From an uncultured delta proteobacterium (lineage in GTDB: Bacteria; Desulfobacterota; Binatia; UBA9968), in the NCBI GenBank assembly GCA_963840855.1, contig CAWJBB010000076.1, forward strand, positions 1 to 50,769: a DNA stretch of 50,769 nucleotides. The letters run 5' to 3'. Made by a program: the position numbers and the translations under genes. Positions 1-9,462 of this stretch are shown piece after piece. Numbering within the stretch: the stretch's first letter is position 1; each line of letters starts with the position of its first letter. The notes under the pieces are model-generated. The model ran no database searches. It saw only the letters and a list, made by a program, of their open reading frames with translations, and was not told the DNA's origin.

Positions 1-17
1 GAGTATCACCGCCATAC

Positions 18-1001
18 TTACTTGCTCCGACCGAAGAGCTTATCGACGAATCCGGCTTTTTTCATTTCGTCGACGAATCGGAGCTCGACGAAATCTTCAG
101 GTTTCGCTTTGGTTGCGCGTGGATCGGTGAGCGCCTGGATTTCAAGGGTTTGCCTTAGTCCTTCCAGCGTCGGGTAGGTGTCTTCTACCAAAAACTCGAC
201 ATTGGCCGCGTAGGCGGCGTCGAGCACGGCGCGGTTTACACCGCGAGTGTATTTTTGCGCGATCTTGATGGATTCTTCCTTGTGGGTTTTGTAATACCAT
301 CCCGCCTCGGCCAGCGACCAGACGAGCCGGCGCGCTTCATCGGGATTTTCCCTGATCCGCTTGCGCGTCGCCACGCTGCAATTGAACTGAAACGGCACCC
401 TGAGCTTGGCCATGTCGATGATCACTTTGAGGCCTGATCTCTCGGCTTGATTCTTTTCGCCTTCGCTCACAATGGTGAAATCCGTATGGCCGTTCATCGT
501 CGCCGACAGCCGCGCCGGGGCGCCGCCGATGGTCACCGCTTTGATGTCTTTGTAGGCTATTCCGGCTTTCGACAGCGCGAGCCTGATGGCGAAATCCGCC
601 GCGGTGCCTGGAATATGCACGGCCGCTGTTCTTCCTTTCAAGTCTTCCGGCGATTTGATGTTCGCGTTGCCGACGATGAAATAGGGCAGGGTGTTCACCT
701 GGCTCTGGATGATGGCGATATCCGCGCCGGCCAATTTTGCGTTGATCACCGCCGTCCCCACCGCGCCGCTGTAGCCCAGATCGCCCGCGACCAGACTCTG
801 GATCCCGCGCACGCTGCCGTCGATAAAGATCGTGTCGAGATCAAGGCCATGTTTCCTAAAGATACCCGCTTCTTTCGCGACCCAGTAGACGACCGACGAA
901 CTCGTGGAGTCGGAGATGTAGGCGATGTAGCTTTTGGCGTGAACGCTAGTAGCAGAGAACAGCATCAGCGCCGCAACGGCAACGGTTGAGATCAAATTCA
1001 T
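18..1001 (-). CDS. ABC transporter substrate-binding protein, SsuA/NMT1/THI5-like
   Basis: 327 aa; signal peptide (MNLISTVAVAALMLFSATSVHA); 'VAKEAGIFRKHGLD' and 'IKSPEDLKGRT' motifs typical of this family. Confidence 0.85.
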   Translation of the reverse strand: MNLISTVAVAALMLFSATSVHAKSYIAYISDSTSSSVVYWVAKEAGIFRKHGLDLDTIFIDGSVRGIQSLVAGDLGYSGAVGTAVINAKLAGADIAIIQSQVNTLPYFIVGNANIKSPEDLKGRTAAVHIPGTAADFAIRLALSKAGIAYKDIKAVTIGGAPARLSATMNGHTDFTIVSEGEKNQAERSGLKVIIDMAKLRVPFQFNCSVATRKRIRENPDEARRLVWSLAEAGWYYKTHKEESIKIAQKYTRGVNRAVLDAAYAANVEFLVEDTYPTLEGLRQTLEIQALTDPRATKAKPEDFVELRFVDEMKKAGFVDKLFGRSK

Positions 1002-1106
1002 TTGGGCTCCTTTGGTTCACTAATCAGACTGCAACGCTGACCGTTTACCGCGTCCTTGGATACGTGGCAAGGGCCGGCTCTATTTGCACGAAAGGCGTGA
1101 CTTCTG

Positions 1107-1135
1107 TTGACATCTGTCAGGGTGCTTTGATAGCG
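1107..1135 (+). promoter_or_regulatory. Possible sigma70 -35 (TTGACA) overlapped by the near-palindrome TGACA-TC-TGTCA in the divergent intergenic region
   Basis: TTGACA at 1107-1112; inverted repeat at 1108-1119; -10 element weak. Confidence 0.35.
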
Positions 1136-1165
1136 AAAATTCATACTGCATGGAGGATTCCAACA

Positions 1166-1930
1166 ATGGGCTTATTGGACGGTAAGGTGGTGATCGTTAC
1201 CGGCGGCGGGCATGGCATCGGCAAGGCCTATTGTCTAGGAATCGCGCGCGAAGGCGGCGCGGCGGTCGTGGCCGACATCGACGAGAAAGCAGCGCAAGGA
1301 GTCGCAAAAGCTATTCAAGACAGCGGCGGCAAAGCCCTGGCGACACGAGTCGACGTCGCGAACTTTGAAAGCTGCCAAGCGATGGCGCAGCAAACCCTGG
1401 ACGCTTACGGTAAGATCGATGGGTTGATCAATAATGCCGCCATTTTTATGAGCGTGCCCGCGGAGCGCGGCAGCTTGCAAACCATCACCGAGGCGGAATG
1501 GGACAAGATTATGGCGGTAAACGTCAAAGGACTCTGGTTGTGCGCCAAGGCGGTGGTGCCCGCGATGCAACATCGCAAAGAGGGAAGCATTGTCAATATT
1601 TCTTCCAACATGGCGTTTAACGGCGGCTTGGGCATGATGCACTATGTCGTTTCCAAAGCGGCGGTGATAGGATTCAGCCGCGTGCTTGCGCGGGAGATCG
1701 GCGGCGATAATATTCGGGTAAACACTTTGGCGCCGGGTGCGACTATGAGCGAAGAGAAACCGACCGACGAAGCGCTTGTGAATTACGAGCGAACTGCGTC
1801 TACGAGAATTCTCAAACGGATCGAGCAGCCGGAAGATTTGGTTGGCACGGCGCTATATCTATTGTCGGACTTGAGCAAGTTCGTCACCGGACAGGTGATT
1901 CTGGTGAACGGCGGGGCGGTGCTGCATTAA
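1166..1930 (+). CDS. Short-chain dehydrogenase/reductase (classical SDR)
   Basis: TGGGHGIG, NNAA, NISS and YVVSK motifs; GGAGG RBS at 1152-1156 supports ATG 1166 over the ORF-track start. Confidence 0.92.
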   Translation: MGLLDGKVVIVTGGGHGIGKAYCLGIAREGGAAVVADIDEKAAQGVAKAIQDSGGKALATRVDVANFESCQAMAQQTLDAYGKIDGLINNAAIFMSVPAERGSLQTITEAEWDKIMAVNVKGLWLCAKAVVPAMQHRKEGSIVNISSNMAFNGGLGMMHYVVSKAAVIGFSRVLAREIGGDNIRVNTLAPGATMSEEKPTDEALVNYERTASTRILKRIEQPEDLVGTALYLLSDLSKFVTGQVILVNGGAVLH

Positions 1931-2030
1931 GTAGGCAGTAGGCGCGAGGCAACAGGCAATAGTAAAAAAAATGGAATTCAGAACTCAGGATTAAGAAATT
2001 AACAATTCAAAAGCCAAAAACTAAAATTCC
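1931..2030. repeat. Degenerate heptamer arrays (AGGCAAN-type, then AATTCAG/AAATTCA-type)
   Basis: TAGGCAG TAGGCGC GAGGCAA CAGGCAA; then AATTCAG AACTCAG GATTAAG AAATTAA CAATTCA. Confidence 0.55.
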
Positions 2031-2048
2031 TAGACGGAGGCCATTGCC

Positions 2049-3131
2049 ATGGGATGGGTAGACGCAGACGCGCATGTCGTTGAAAGTCCGCTGACCTGGG
2101 ACTATCTGCTTCCTTCCGAACAAAAATTTCGCCCGCAGCTCTTTAAGCCGGAGGGCGATACACAAAAGGCCCACTGGGTCATCGACGGCAAGATTCGCGG
2201 GCTTTTCCGGTTCACCTTCAGCGCAGAAGATGTCGCGAAAAAATCCGCCGCCATCGGCCGGGAGATGACGACAACCATGGCAACCCGTGATCTTGCCGAT
2301 GTTGCGGCTCGGATCAAGCATATGGACGAGCTGGGCATCGATATTCAGGTGCTTTACCCAAGCATTTTTCTCGATCAGTGCACGGAGCGGGCCGACACCG
2401 ACGTCGCTCTTTGCGGCGCCTACAACCGCTGGATGGCGGACGTATGGCAGCAAAGCAAAGGACGCCTGCGCTGGATGGCGACGCTGCCGCTTCTCAGCAT
2501 GCCGGACGCGCTGGACCAGTTGAAGTTCGCCAAGGAGAACGGCGGCTGCGGCATCTTCATGCGCCCCCTCGAAGGCGCGCGGCAGATCAGCGATCCATAT
2601 TTCTATCCGCTATACGAGCAAGCCGAGAAGTTGAACTTTTGCATCGGCTTGCACCAAGCCAACGGCAGCGCAGCGGCTGTGGATATGATGGTCAATCCCG
2701 ACGGCAGCCGGGACTTTTTCAACCAGTATCGAATTTTTAACGTCGGCGCCTGTTTTCGCTTGATCAGTTCCGAAGTGCCAAAGAAGTTTTCCAAGCTCCG
2801 CTTTGGTTTCATTGAAACCGCCGCATCTTGGATGCCCTGGGTAATTTACGAATTGCGCCGCCGCTTGGAAACAGTGGACTGTAAATTGCCCGACGATCTA
2901 GTGGAGCGCTACGGTATCTTTGTGACCTGCCAGATCGGCGACGACGTGCCGTATTTGATCAAAAGCTGCATGGGCGAGAACACACTGATGATCGGTACGG
3001 ATTACGGCCATGCCGATTCATCGACGGAATTGGACGCGTTGGCGACGCTGAAGGACAGCGGCGGAATTACGGCCGCGATGCACAAGAAGATCGTGGAGGA
3101 CAATCCGCGGGTGTTCTACGGGCTGGCATAA
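2049..3131 (+). CDS. Amidohydrolase family protein (Amidohydro_2 type)
   Basis: DADAH, MDELGIDIQVLYPS, AYNRW and GTDYGH motifs; GGAGG RBS. Confidence 0.9.
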   Translation: MGWVDADAHVVESPLTWDYLLPSEQKFRPQLFKPEGDTQKAHWVIDGKIRGLFRFTFSAEDVAKKSAAIGREMTTTMATRDLADVAARIKHMDELGIDIQVLYPSIFLDQCTERADTDVALCGAYNRWMADVWQQSKGRLRWMATLPLLSMPDALDQLKFAKENGGCGIFMRPLEGARQISDPYFYPLYEQAEKLNFCIGLHQANGSAAAVDMMVNPDGSRDFFNQYRIFNVGACFRLISSEVPKKFSKLRFGFIETAASWMPWVIYELRRRLETVDCKLPDDLVERYGIFVTCQIGDDVPYLIKSCMGENTLMIGTDYGHADSSTELDALATLKDSGGITAAMHKKIVEDNPRVFYGLA

Positions 3132-3215
3132 GATCTGGGGAAAGTTCGATTTAATCACAAAGCGCACAGCGCGACGACGCCGCAGCCAAAATTGAGCCAG
3201 ACCTGAAAAAAGGAT

Positions 3216-3296
3216 TCACCACGAAGGCACGAAGTTCACGAAGTTTAAGAGCATAAATATCCGAACCCCTTCGTGTCCTTCGTGCCTTCGTGGTGA
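3216..3296. repeat. Inverted repeat built from CACGAAG units, between convergent genes
   Basis: Left arm TCACCACGAAGGCACGAAGTTCACGAAG; reverse complement of right arm TCACCACGAAGGCACGAAGGACACGAAG. Confidence 0.85.
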
Positions 3297-3334
3297 GGCC
3301 GTATTTTCTCGTCTACTCACCAGGCTCTTGTGAA

Positions 3335-4426
3335 TCATCGCAAGACACGCCCCAATTTAGCGAGTACTTCCTCGATGTCATCGAGTGAATTCTGCCGCGG
3401 CGAGCCGCCGAGGTGCGGGCTGACGATGACGTTGGGGAATTTGATCAGAGGGTCGTTGGCATCGCCGGGTTCTTCATAAAAGGTATCGAGGCCGTAGCCG
3501 CCGAGCCTTCCTGAGGCGAGCGCCTCTCGCAACGCTTCACGCTCCACAAGGCTGGGTTGCGACACGTTGATCAGAAACGCCCCCGGTTTGATGGCCGAAA
3601 ATTCGCGCGCGCCAATGAAGCCGACGGTCTCCGGACTGCGCGGCAAATGCAGGCTCACACAATCGGAAGTCGCGAGCAGTTGATCCAAACTTACATAGCG
3701 CGCCCGATATCGCCTCTCCACATCCACCGGCAGACGCGCGCGTTGCGTATAAACGATCTTCATGCCCAGGGCGATGGCGCGGAGCGCCAACTCTCTGCCG
3801 ATCTCACCCAGGCCGACGATGCCCAACTGCCTTTGGTAGAGCGTAACCATTCCCGGTATCCGCGCCCAGTTGCCGTTGGGAGTGTGCTCGCGATTGTAAG
3901 TCGTGGGCTCGTAGCCTGCGGCCTTGAGTTGCTCGATGCTGATCAGATTAGCGTTCCGTGTTATCTGGCGCGCCAGCGCGAGCATGAGCATCAAACCCTG
4001 TTCGGCTGTGGAAATATTCGCGCGTCGCCTGATGGTTAATATCTCAATTCCGGCGTTCTCACACGCGGCGTGGTCGATATTGCGCGTGGTTAAGCCATAT
4101 TTATGGACGACTCGGAGCGAGCCTCCCGACGCGGCGACTTCCTCCGCGCCCAATTTCAATTCTTCGACGACCGCGACGGTTGCGCCTGGGAGGTTCGCCC
4201 GGAGTTCGCCGTTATCATCGACCAGATGAACGTCAGCGGGATAAATATTCTGAACCGGAGCGCGCACTTTCTCGCACCAGCCGCGAAAGTCCGGAAGATC
4301 GTGCAAACAGAAATGGGCGAAGGCTTGGAATCGTTCCTGCGGCGCCGAGGGATCGAGGACGACCTGGATCAAGCGCAGAAAGGTGTCGTTTTCGACGACG
4401 AATTTTAGCTTCGGCGATGGGGGCAT
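3335..4426 (-). CDS. D-isomer-specific 2-hydroxyacid dehydrogenase family protein
   Basis: GIVGLGEIG, SLHLP, DTFYEEP and SPHLGG motifs. Confidence 0.85.
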   Translation of the reverse strand: MPPSPKLKFVVENDTFLRLIQVVLDPSAPQERFQAFAHFCLHDLPDFRGWCEKVRAPVQNIYPADVHLVDDNGELRANLPGATVAVVEELKLGAEEVAASGGSLRVVHKYGLTTRNIDHAACENAGIEILTIRRRANISTAEQGLMLMLALARQITRNANLISIEQLKAAGYEPTTYNREHTPNGNWARIPGMVTLYQRQLGIVGLGEIGRELALRAIALGMKIVYTQRARLPVDVERRYRARYVSLDQLLATSDCVSLHLPRSPETVGFIGAREFSAIKPGAFLINVSQPSLVEREALREALASGRLGGYGLDTFYEEPGDANDPLIKFPNVIVSPHLGGSPRQNSLDDIEEVLAKLGRVLR

Positions 4427-4430
4427 AATT

Positions 4431-4512
4431 CGCGTTCAAGGTTCAAGGGTTCAAAAGTTCAAGGGTTCAATCGGCTCTCCGACGTTGAACATTGAACCCT
4501 TGAACCTTGAAC
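4431..4512. repeat. GTTCAAN heptamer-array hairpin element
   Basis: (GTTCAA[A/G])n left arm, TCGG-CTCT-CCGA core, (TTGAAC)n right arm. Confidence 0.85.
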
Positions 4513-4518
4513 TATTTG

Positions 4519-5046
4519 CTAGGGCTCGGGATCGACCTGCAAGGCTTTCAAGAATCTCGTGAGCATGTTGTAGGCGCTTATGAGCATTGTCAGCTCGACG
4601 GTTTGCCGTTCGCTGAAATGTTTTCTGACCTCGGCAAAGACGTTGTCCGGCACCCTGATGTCACGTGTCATGGCGTCGCTATACGCGAGCAGGGAGCGCT
4701 GCTTGTCGGTGAATAAATTCGATGATTGCCAATCCGCGATGGCCGTGACCTGCTGCGGCGTCAGTCCTTCCTTTAACGCATACGCCGGGCCGTGGGCGCG
4801 CTGGACGTATTCCACGTCGTTTAGAATGGCGACGCGGATCACCGCCAGCTCGCGGCATTGGCCGTCGATTTCAGTGCCGTAGCGCACCGCTTGATTTAAG
4901 TCGAACCACGCGTTCGCCAGCGCCGGGCTATGTAGCATCAAGCGATAAATATTAATCAGCCGGCCGCCACGGGCGCCTTTGATCCTGGCGATCGATTCGG
5001 CAAGTTCTGGATGTTCTCTTTCTTCGATCAATTCTACGCGTGCCAT
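4519..5046 (-). CDS. Carboxymuconolactone decarboxylase (CMD/AhpD-like) family protein
   Basis: NIYRLMLHSP, RELAVIRVA, EYVQRAH and VELTMLISAYN motifs. Confidence 0.88.
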   Translation of the reverse strand: MARVELIEEREHPELAESIARIKGARGGRLINIYRLMLHSPALANAWFDLNQAVRYGTEIDGQCRELAVIRVAILNDVEYVQRAHGPAYALKEGLTPQQVTAIADWQSSNLFTDKQRSLLAYSDAMTRDIRVPDNVFAEVRKHFSERQTVELTMLISAYNMLTRFLKALQVDPEP

Positions 5047-5079
5047 ATATTTATTTTTACTGCTGCTTCTCCAGTTTGC

Positions 5080-5151
5080 GTAGCCCGGATGAAGCGCAGC
5101 GTAATCCGGGGTTTTCGGATCCCGGATTCCGTTTCACTTCATCCGGGCTAC
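5080..5151. repeat. GTAG-family REP doublet (REPIN-like)
   Basis: GTAGCCCGGATGAAGCGCAGCGTAATCCGGG (5080-5110) and an inverted copy (5121-5151). Confidence 0.85.
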
Positions 5152-5190
5152 AGTACTGCGATTAATTTTACGCGTGCCATAATCGGATCT

Positions 5191-5310
5191 AAATCCCCCC
5201 TAAGTCTCCCTTTTACAAAGTGGGATACTTGAAATGGACAATGTGCAAAGCATAGCAAGAGATCCAGGGTATTGCTCCCTCCCTTTGTAAAGGGAGGTTA
5301 GGAGGGATTT
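5191..5310. repeat. Inverted pair of AAATCCCYCCTAA..CTCCCTTT.CAAAG.GG palindromic repeats
   Basis: Left arm about 5191-5225; right arm about 5275-5310 is its imperfect reverse complement. Confidence 0.75.
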
Positions 5311-5337
5311 TCTGCATGCAATGTAAGTATGTTGGTT

Positions 5338-6795
5338 TCATTGTCGTTTTTCCAGGCGCAGCGAAAGATCGCCCCGGCGGATATAGACGCTGTTCTGGCG
5401 CGGGCGTTTGGTAAGTTCCGCAACTAGATTCAATACCCGATTCCCATTGCTTGCATAACTCCGCGCCGGCCCCGCCGCTTTCATTTTGTCCACGTCTTCT
5501 TTGCTGGAGAAGAACCGCAGCAAAACCTCCTCGTCGCTGACCCCCGGGCCGCCGTATTTGCGGCGCAAATCCTGGAGCGAATCGGTAGGGTGTGGCCGCT
5601 CGGCTATTTCCTTGGCGCGCGGGCGGTTTAGAATCTTGTCTTTGACGTTTGCATCCATGTACAGCGCGCCTTCTTTGCCCCATATTCCCATGGCGTATTC
5701 GATGGTCTGGTCGGTGACTTGTTTGTAGCGTTCGCCAATAATGACGTTGATGGCCGCCTGGCTGCCGACGAATTGCGATAGCGGCGTGACCATGATCGGG
5801 TAGCCGAACTCAGCGCGTACTTGCGCGGCTTCTTCCAGCGTCTGGTTGATTTTATCTTCCATGCCGACGCGGCGCAGTTGGTGGCGCAGGTTGGAAATCA
5901 TGCCGCCGGGAATCTGATGGACATATTGGGCGTAGTCGTATTCGGGTGTTTTGCCGATGGGCAGGTTTTCCTGCATGGCGCAGGCCGTAAAATGTTTCGC
6001 GACTTGGCGGAGCGGCTCTTCGTCAATCGATGTTTTGTAACCCAGGGCGCGCGCGTTCATCGCGACGTTGAACACGGACGGATTCGATGAGCCATCAGCG
6101 AGCGGGGGAATGGCCGTGTTGACGTTGACCATGCCGGCTTTGATGGCTTCCAAGCAACACAGCGTACCGAGTCCGGTCGTGCAGTGCGTGTGCAATTCCA
6201 CCGTCGTGCCGTTGGCGGCGTTGAGCACCGCGGGAGCCAGAGTTTTAGTGCGCTCGGGAGTGAGAATACCGCCGGGGTCCTTCAGAATAACGCGGTAGAC
6301 GTCCAAGGCAATTGCTTCCCGGGTCTTCTGCGCAAAATGCTCGTCGGTATGGCGCGGTGAGACGGTGTAGATCAGATTGATAATCGGTTTGATGCCGGCA
6401 TTCTTCGCTTGCTTGACGCGCCATGCCCAATCAGCGGGGTCGTTCCAGGAATCGGAAATGCGAACTTCCGTAACTCCCGCGTTCGCCATGCAGGTATCAT
6501 AAAGCTGATGGAGGGCGTCGGGATAAATGGCGAAGCCGCTGCGCGTGCCGTGGATAAGTCTCAGTGGTGTCTTCTTGAATTTCGGGATGACCAGCCGATA
6601 GCGCTCCCAGGGATTTTCCCGCAACTCTTTGATGCATTTCGGCAATTCCACGGGGCCGCCGAGCTCGATGGCCTCGAACCCAGCATCGTCCAATGGCTCG
6701 GCCACCGGCACCATCATGCCGGTCCTCATGTTGTAGGCCCAGAGGCTCTGCTGTCCATCGCGCAGCGTGGTATCGACAAATCGTACTTCGGTCAT
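5338..6795 (-). CDS. Pyruvate carboxylase subunit B / oxaloacetate decarboxylase alpha-like carboxyltransferase without a biotinyl domain
   Basis: DTTLRDGQQS, LKDPGG, HTHCTTG, HQIPGGMISNL and GYPIMVTPLSQFVG motifs; no AMKM biotin motif; alternative TTG start at 6816. Confidence 0.88.
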   Translation of the reverse strand: MTEVRFVDTTLRDGQQSLWAYNMRTGMMVPVAEPLDDAGFEAIELGGPVELPKCIKELRENPWERYRLVIPKFKKTPLRLIHGTRSGFAIYPDALHQLYDTCMANAGVTEVRISDSWNDPADWAWRVKQAKNAGIKPIINLIYTVSPRHTDEHFAQKTREAIALDVYRVILKDPGGILTPERTKTLAPAVLNAANGTTVELHTHCTTGLGTLCCLEAIKAGMVNVNTAIPPLADGSSNPSVFNVAMNARALGYKTSIDEEPLRQVAKHFTACAMQENLPIGKTPEYDYAQYVHQIPGGMISNLRHQLRRVGMEDKINQTLEEAAQVRAEFGYPIMVTPLSQFVGSQAAINVIIGERYKQVTDQTIEYAMGIWGKEGALYMDANVKDKILNRPRAKEIAERPHPTDSLQDLRRKYGGPGVSDEEVLLRFFSSKEDVDKMKAAGPARSYASNGNRVLNLVAELTKRPRQNSVYIRRGDLSLRLEKRQ

Positions 6796-6853
6796 CGTGC
6801 GGTCGGTATGCGGCAACGGGTTTTCAGATCGACGCGATGTTCGGCCGCGCGAC

Positions 6854-7855
6854 TCACTGTAGTTTTGGAAAAATCTCCTTGGACATCAGCTCCAGAGTTC
6901 GGCGCACGTCCGGCATGGGCAGGCCGCCGAAGTTGACCATGCAGATGACGTGGGTGACGCCGATCTTTTCGTAGTCCTTTAGAATTGCGACTGCATCCTC
7001 AGGACTGGTGAAGACGGCGAGTTTTTCTTTTTTTATGTTGTCCAAATCAAGAAGCCTAGATCCCGGACGCCGATATTTTTTCAGATAGTCAACAACGCGA
7101 TCAAAGTGCGGACGGGCTAACTTAACCGCATCTTCTTCGCCTCGTTGCAGACAAACGTGCAGAGCCACGATGATATCCGGAACTTCCTTATGGCCCGCCC
7201 GAAAATACGATTCCCTGAAGAGGTCATTCTTTTCCTTGACCTCGAGTATATTGCCTGATCGGGCAAAGGGAATGCCCATAATGGGAAGCCCGAGTTCGCC
7301 CGCCTTGATCAAGGTATCGTCGCTGGAGGCTGCCATCCAGGTCGGCGGCATCGGTTTCTGCAGCGGCTTCATATAGAGTGAGACATTGTCGAATTGATAG
7401 TATTTTCCTTGGTGGGAGAACTCGTCTTGTCTCCAGGCTTTAAGAATTACGGCCGTTGCTTCCCAAAATCTTTCCTTCGCTTCTTCTATGGTCATGCCGA
7501 AGGTCTTGAATTCCACCGGTGAGAAACCGCTGCCCAGCCCAAAATCTAACCGGCCACCGCAAAGATTATCCGCAAAGGCATACTCCTCGGCCAGGATGAG
7601 CGGATTGTGAAAGGCGGGAACCGCCACGGCAGGCCCTAGACGAATTTTCTTTGTTCGCTGTCCTAAGGCTGCGATTACCATGGGTGGAGAAACACAGGTG
7701 CCGTACCAGTAAAAGTGATGCTCGCCGAGCCAGAACGAGTCGAAGCCCAACTCCTCGGCCCATTCGGCCATGGTCAGAACTTCCTGGTAATAGCGCTGGT
7801 TCGAACGCCCCAGGTCCGGGTGATTGTCGCCAAAGACAAAGATACCGAACTTCAT
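6854..7855 (-). CDS. LLM-class (luciferase-like) flavin-dependent oxidoreductase
   Basis: MKFGIF, AEELGFDSFWLGEHH and GRLDFGLGSG motifs; GGAGG RBS before ATG 7855. Confidence 0.92.
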   Translation of the reverse strand: MKFGIFVFGDNHPDLGRSNQRYYQEVLTMAEWAEELGFDSFWLGEHHFYWYGTCVSPPMVIAALGQRTKKIRLGPAVAVPAFHNPLILAEEYAFADNLCGGRLDFGLGSGFSPVEFKTFGMTIEEAKERFWEATAVILKAWRQDEFSHQGKYYQFDNVSLYMKPLQKPMPPTWMAASSDDTLIKAGELGLPIMGIPFARSGNILEVKEKNDLFRESYFRAGHKEVPDIIVALHVCLQRGEEDAVKLARPHFDRVVDYLKKYRRPGSRLLDLDNIKKEKLAVFTSPEDAVAILKDYEKIGVTHVICMVNFGGLPMPDVRRTLELMSKEIFPKLQ

Positions 7856-8078
7856 CGCAAACTTCCTCCAGTGTTCGTCCTTATTATCCCATGGCGGCAA
7901 AAATATCCATCTCGCCGCTCGATCCGGAAAGTTCGGCGGCATTCAAAAGAGCCGATGCGGATTTCCTGGAAGATACGTCCCCATGGCGGGATTTAAGAGC
8001 CGCGGTTTTTTGTCGATATCAAAGATTGTCCAGGTCAGGAAATTTGCGACCCCGCAATCGCAGCCGTTGGAATACCTT

Positions 8079-9299
8079 ATGATTAAAAAAGTCAACGCTG
8101 AACAGTTGAAGCCCGGCATGTTCGTCCACGATTTTAATTGTGGTTGGCTGAATCACCCGTTTTTGCGCAACCGCGTGCTCCTGAAATGCGTTGCGGACAT
8201 CGAGCAAGTCCTCGAGCACCGCATCCGTGAAGTTTACATTGATACTGACCACGGCCTCGACGCCGATGATGCGCCCACTCAAGAATTCGTGGACGAAGGC
8301 ATTCAAACGGAGATCAACAAACTCGAACCCAAGAAGCCACGAGCCGGCGGCCCTGTGCCGCTGGGCGAAGAGCTCGGTAAAGCCAAGTTGCTGTTGGGCG
8401 AGTCCAAACAGCAAACCGAAATTTTGATGGACGCCGTCAGAGTGGGCAGGAAACTCGATCTGCCGCAGGTTGAGATTGTCGTGGAAAAAATGACGGAGTC
8501 CGTGCTGCGCAACAAGGACGCGCTAGTAAGCCTCGCCCGGATCAAAAACAAGGACGAATATACCTATCTTCATTCTCTTTCCGTGGCGGCGCTGTGTATT
8601 TCCTTCGGTCAGCACTTGAACTTGGAGCCCGGGCAAATCAAGGCTCTGGGCATCGGCGGGCTGTTGCACGATATCGGCAAGGTGAGAATGCCGCTTGGGG
8701 TGCTCAACAAGCCCGGCCCGTTGACCGAAAAAGAATTCGAGAGCATGAAAACCCATGTCGCGCACGGCTACCGCATCTTACAGGATACCACCGGCGTCGA
8801 CGATTTCTCGATCTGCGTGTGTCACCATCATCACGAGCGCTTGGACGGCACCGGCTACCCGGACGGATTGAAGGGTGACCAAATTAGCAAGTTCGGCCAG
8901 ATCGCAGCCATCGTCGATATCTATGACGCGCTGACATCGGAACGTTGCTACAAAGACGCGATGCCGCCCACCGACGCTCTAAAAAAACTATTCGAGTGGA
9001 GCGAGAGTTATCTCAACCGGAGCCTGGTGGAACAATTTATTATACACATGGGCATCTATCCCGTCGGTACGCTGGTCCGGCTGCGCAGCGGTTTTATCGG
9101 CGTCGTCGTCGGGCAGAGTGAACGAAGTTTACTCGATCCCGTGGTGCGGGCGGTCTTCGATACGAAACGAGACAAGCTCGTCACGCCTTTCGCGATCAAT
9201 CTGTCGAGCCGGCCGGCCGGACAGCGGCTGGATGAGATCATCGGTTGCGAAGCGCCCGATTCATGGAATTTCCAACCTGAGAACTACCTCGCGGCTTAG
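8079..9299 (+). CDS. HD-GYP domain cyclic di-nucleotide phosphodiesterase with a DUF3391-like N-terminus
   Basis: LKPGMFV N-terminus; YTYLHS, LLHDIGK, HHERLDGTGYP and DIYDALTS motifs. Confidence 0.92.
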   Translation: MIKKVNAEQLKPGMFVHDFNCGWLNHPFLRNRVLLKCVADIEQVLEHRIREVYIDTDHGLDADDAPTQEFVDEGIQTEINKLEPKKPRAGGPVPLGEELGKAKLLLGESKQQTEILMDAVRVGRKLDLPQVEIVVEKMTESVLRNKDALVSLARIKNKDEYTYLHSLSVAALCISFGQHLNLEPGQIKALGIGGLLHDIGKVRMPLGVLNKPGPLTEKEFESMKTHVAHGYRILQDTTGVDDFSICVCHHHHERLDGTGYPDGLKGDQISKFGQIAAIVDIYDALTSERCYKDAMPPTDALKKLFEWSESYLNRSLVEQFIIHMGIYPVGTLVRLRSGFIGVVVGQSERSLLDPVVRAVFDTKRDKLVTPFAINLSSRPAGQRLDEIIGCEAPDSWNFQPENYLAA

Positions 9300-9300
9300 G

Positions 9301-9386
9301 GCGCGTTCAAGGTTCAACGTTCAAAGTTCAACGTAGGGCAATTCGGACTGGATCTCCGAAACCTTGAACCTTGAACGTTGAACGCA
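9301..9386. repeat. GTTCAAN heptamer-array hairpin element
   Basis: GTTCAAG GTTCAAC GTTCAAA GTTCAAC ... TTCGG..CCGAA ... CTTGAAC CTTGAAC GTTGAAC. Confidence 0.85.
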
Positions 9387-9462
9387 CGATGTGCTTGACT
9401 CCTTCCTGTCTTGCACGCAAAGTGAGAAAAATCATTTCATAGGTAGCGCATCGGAGTCATTT

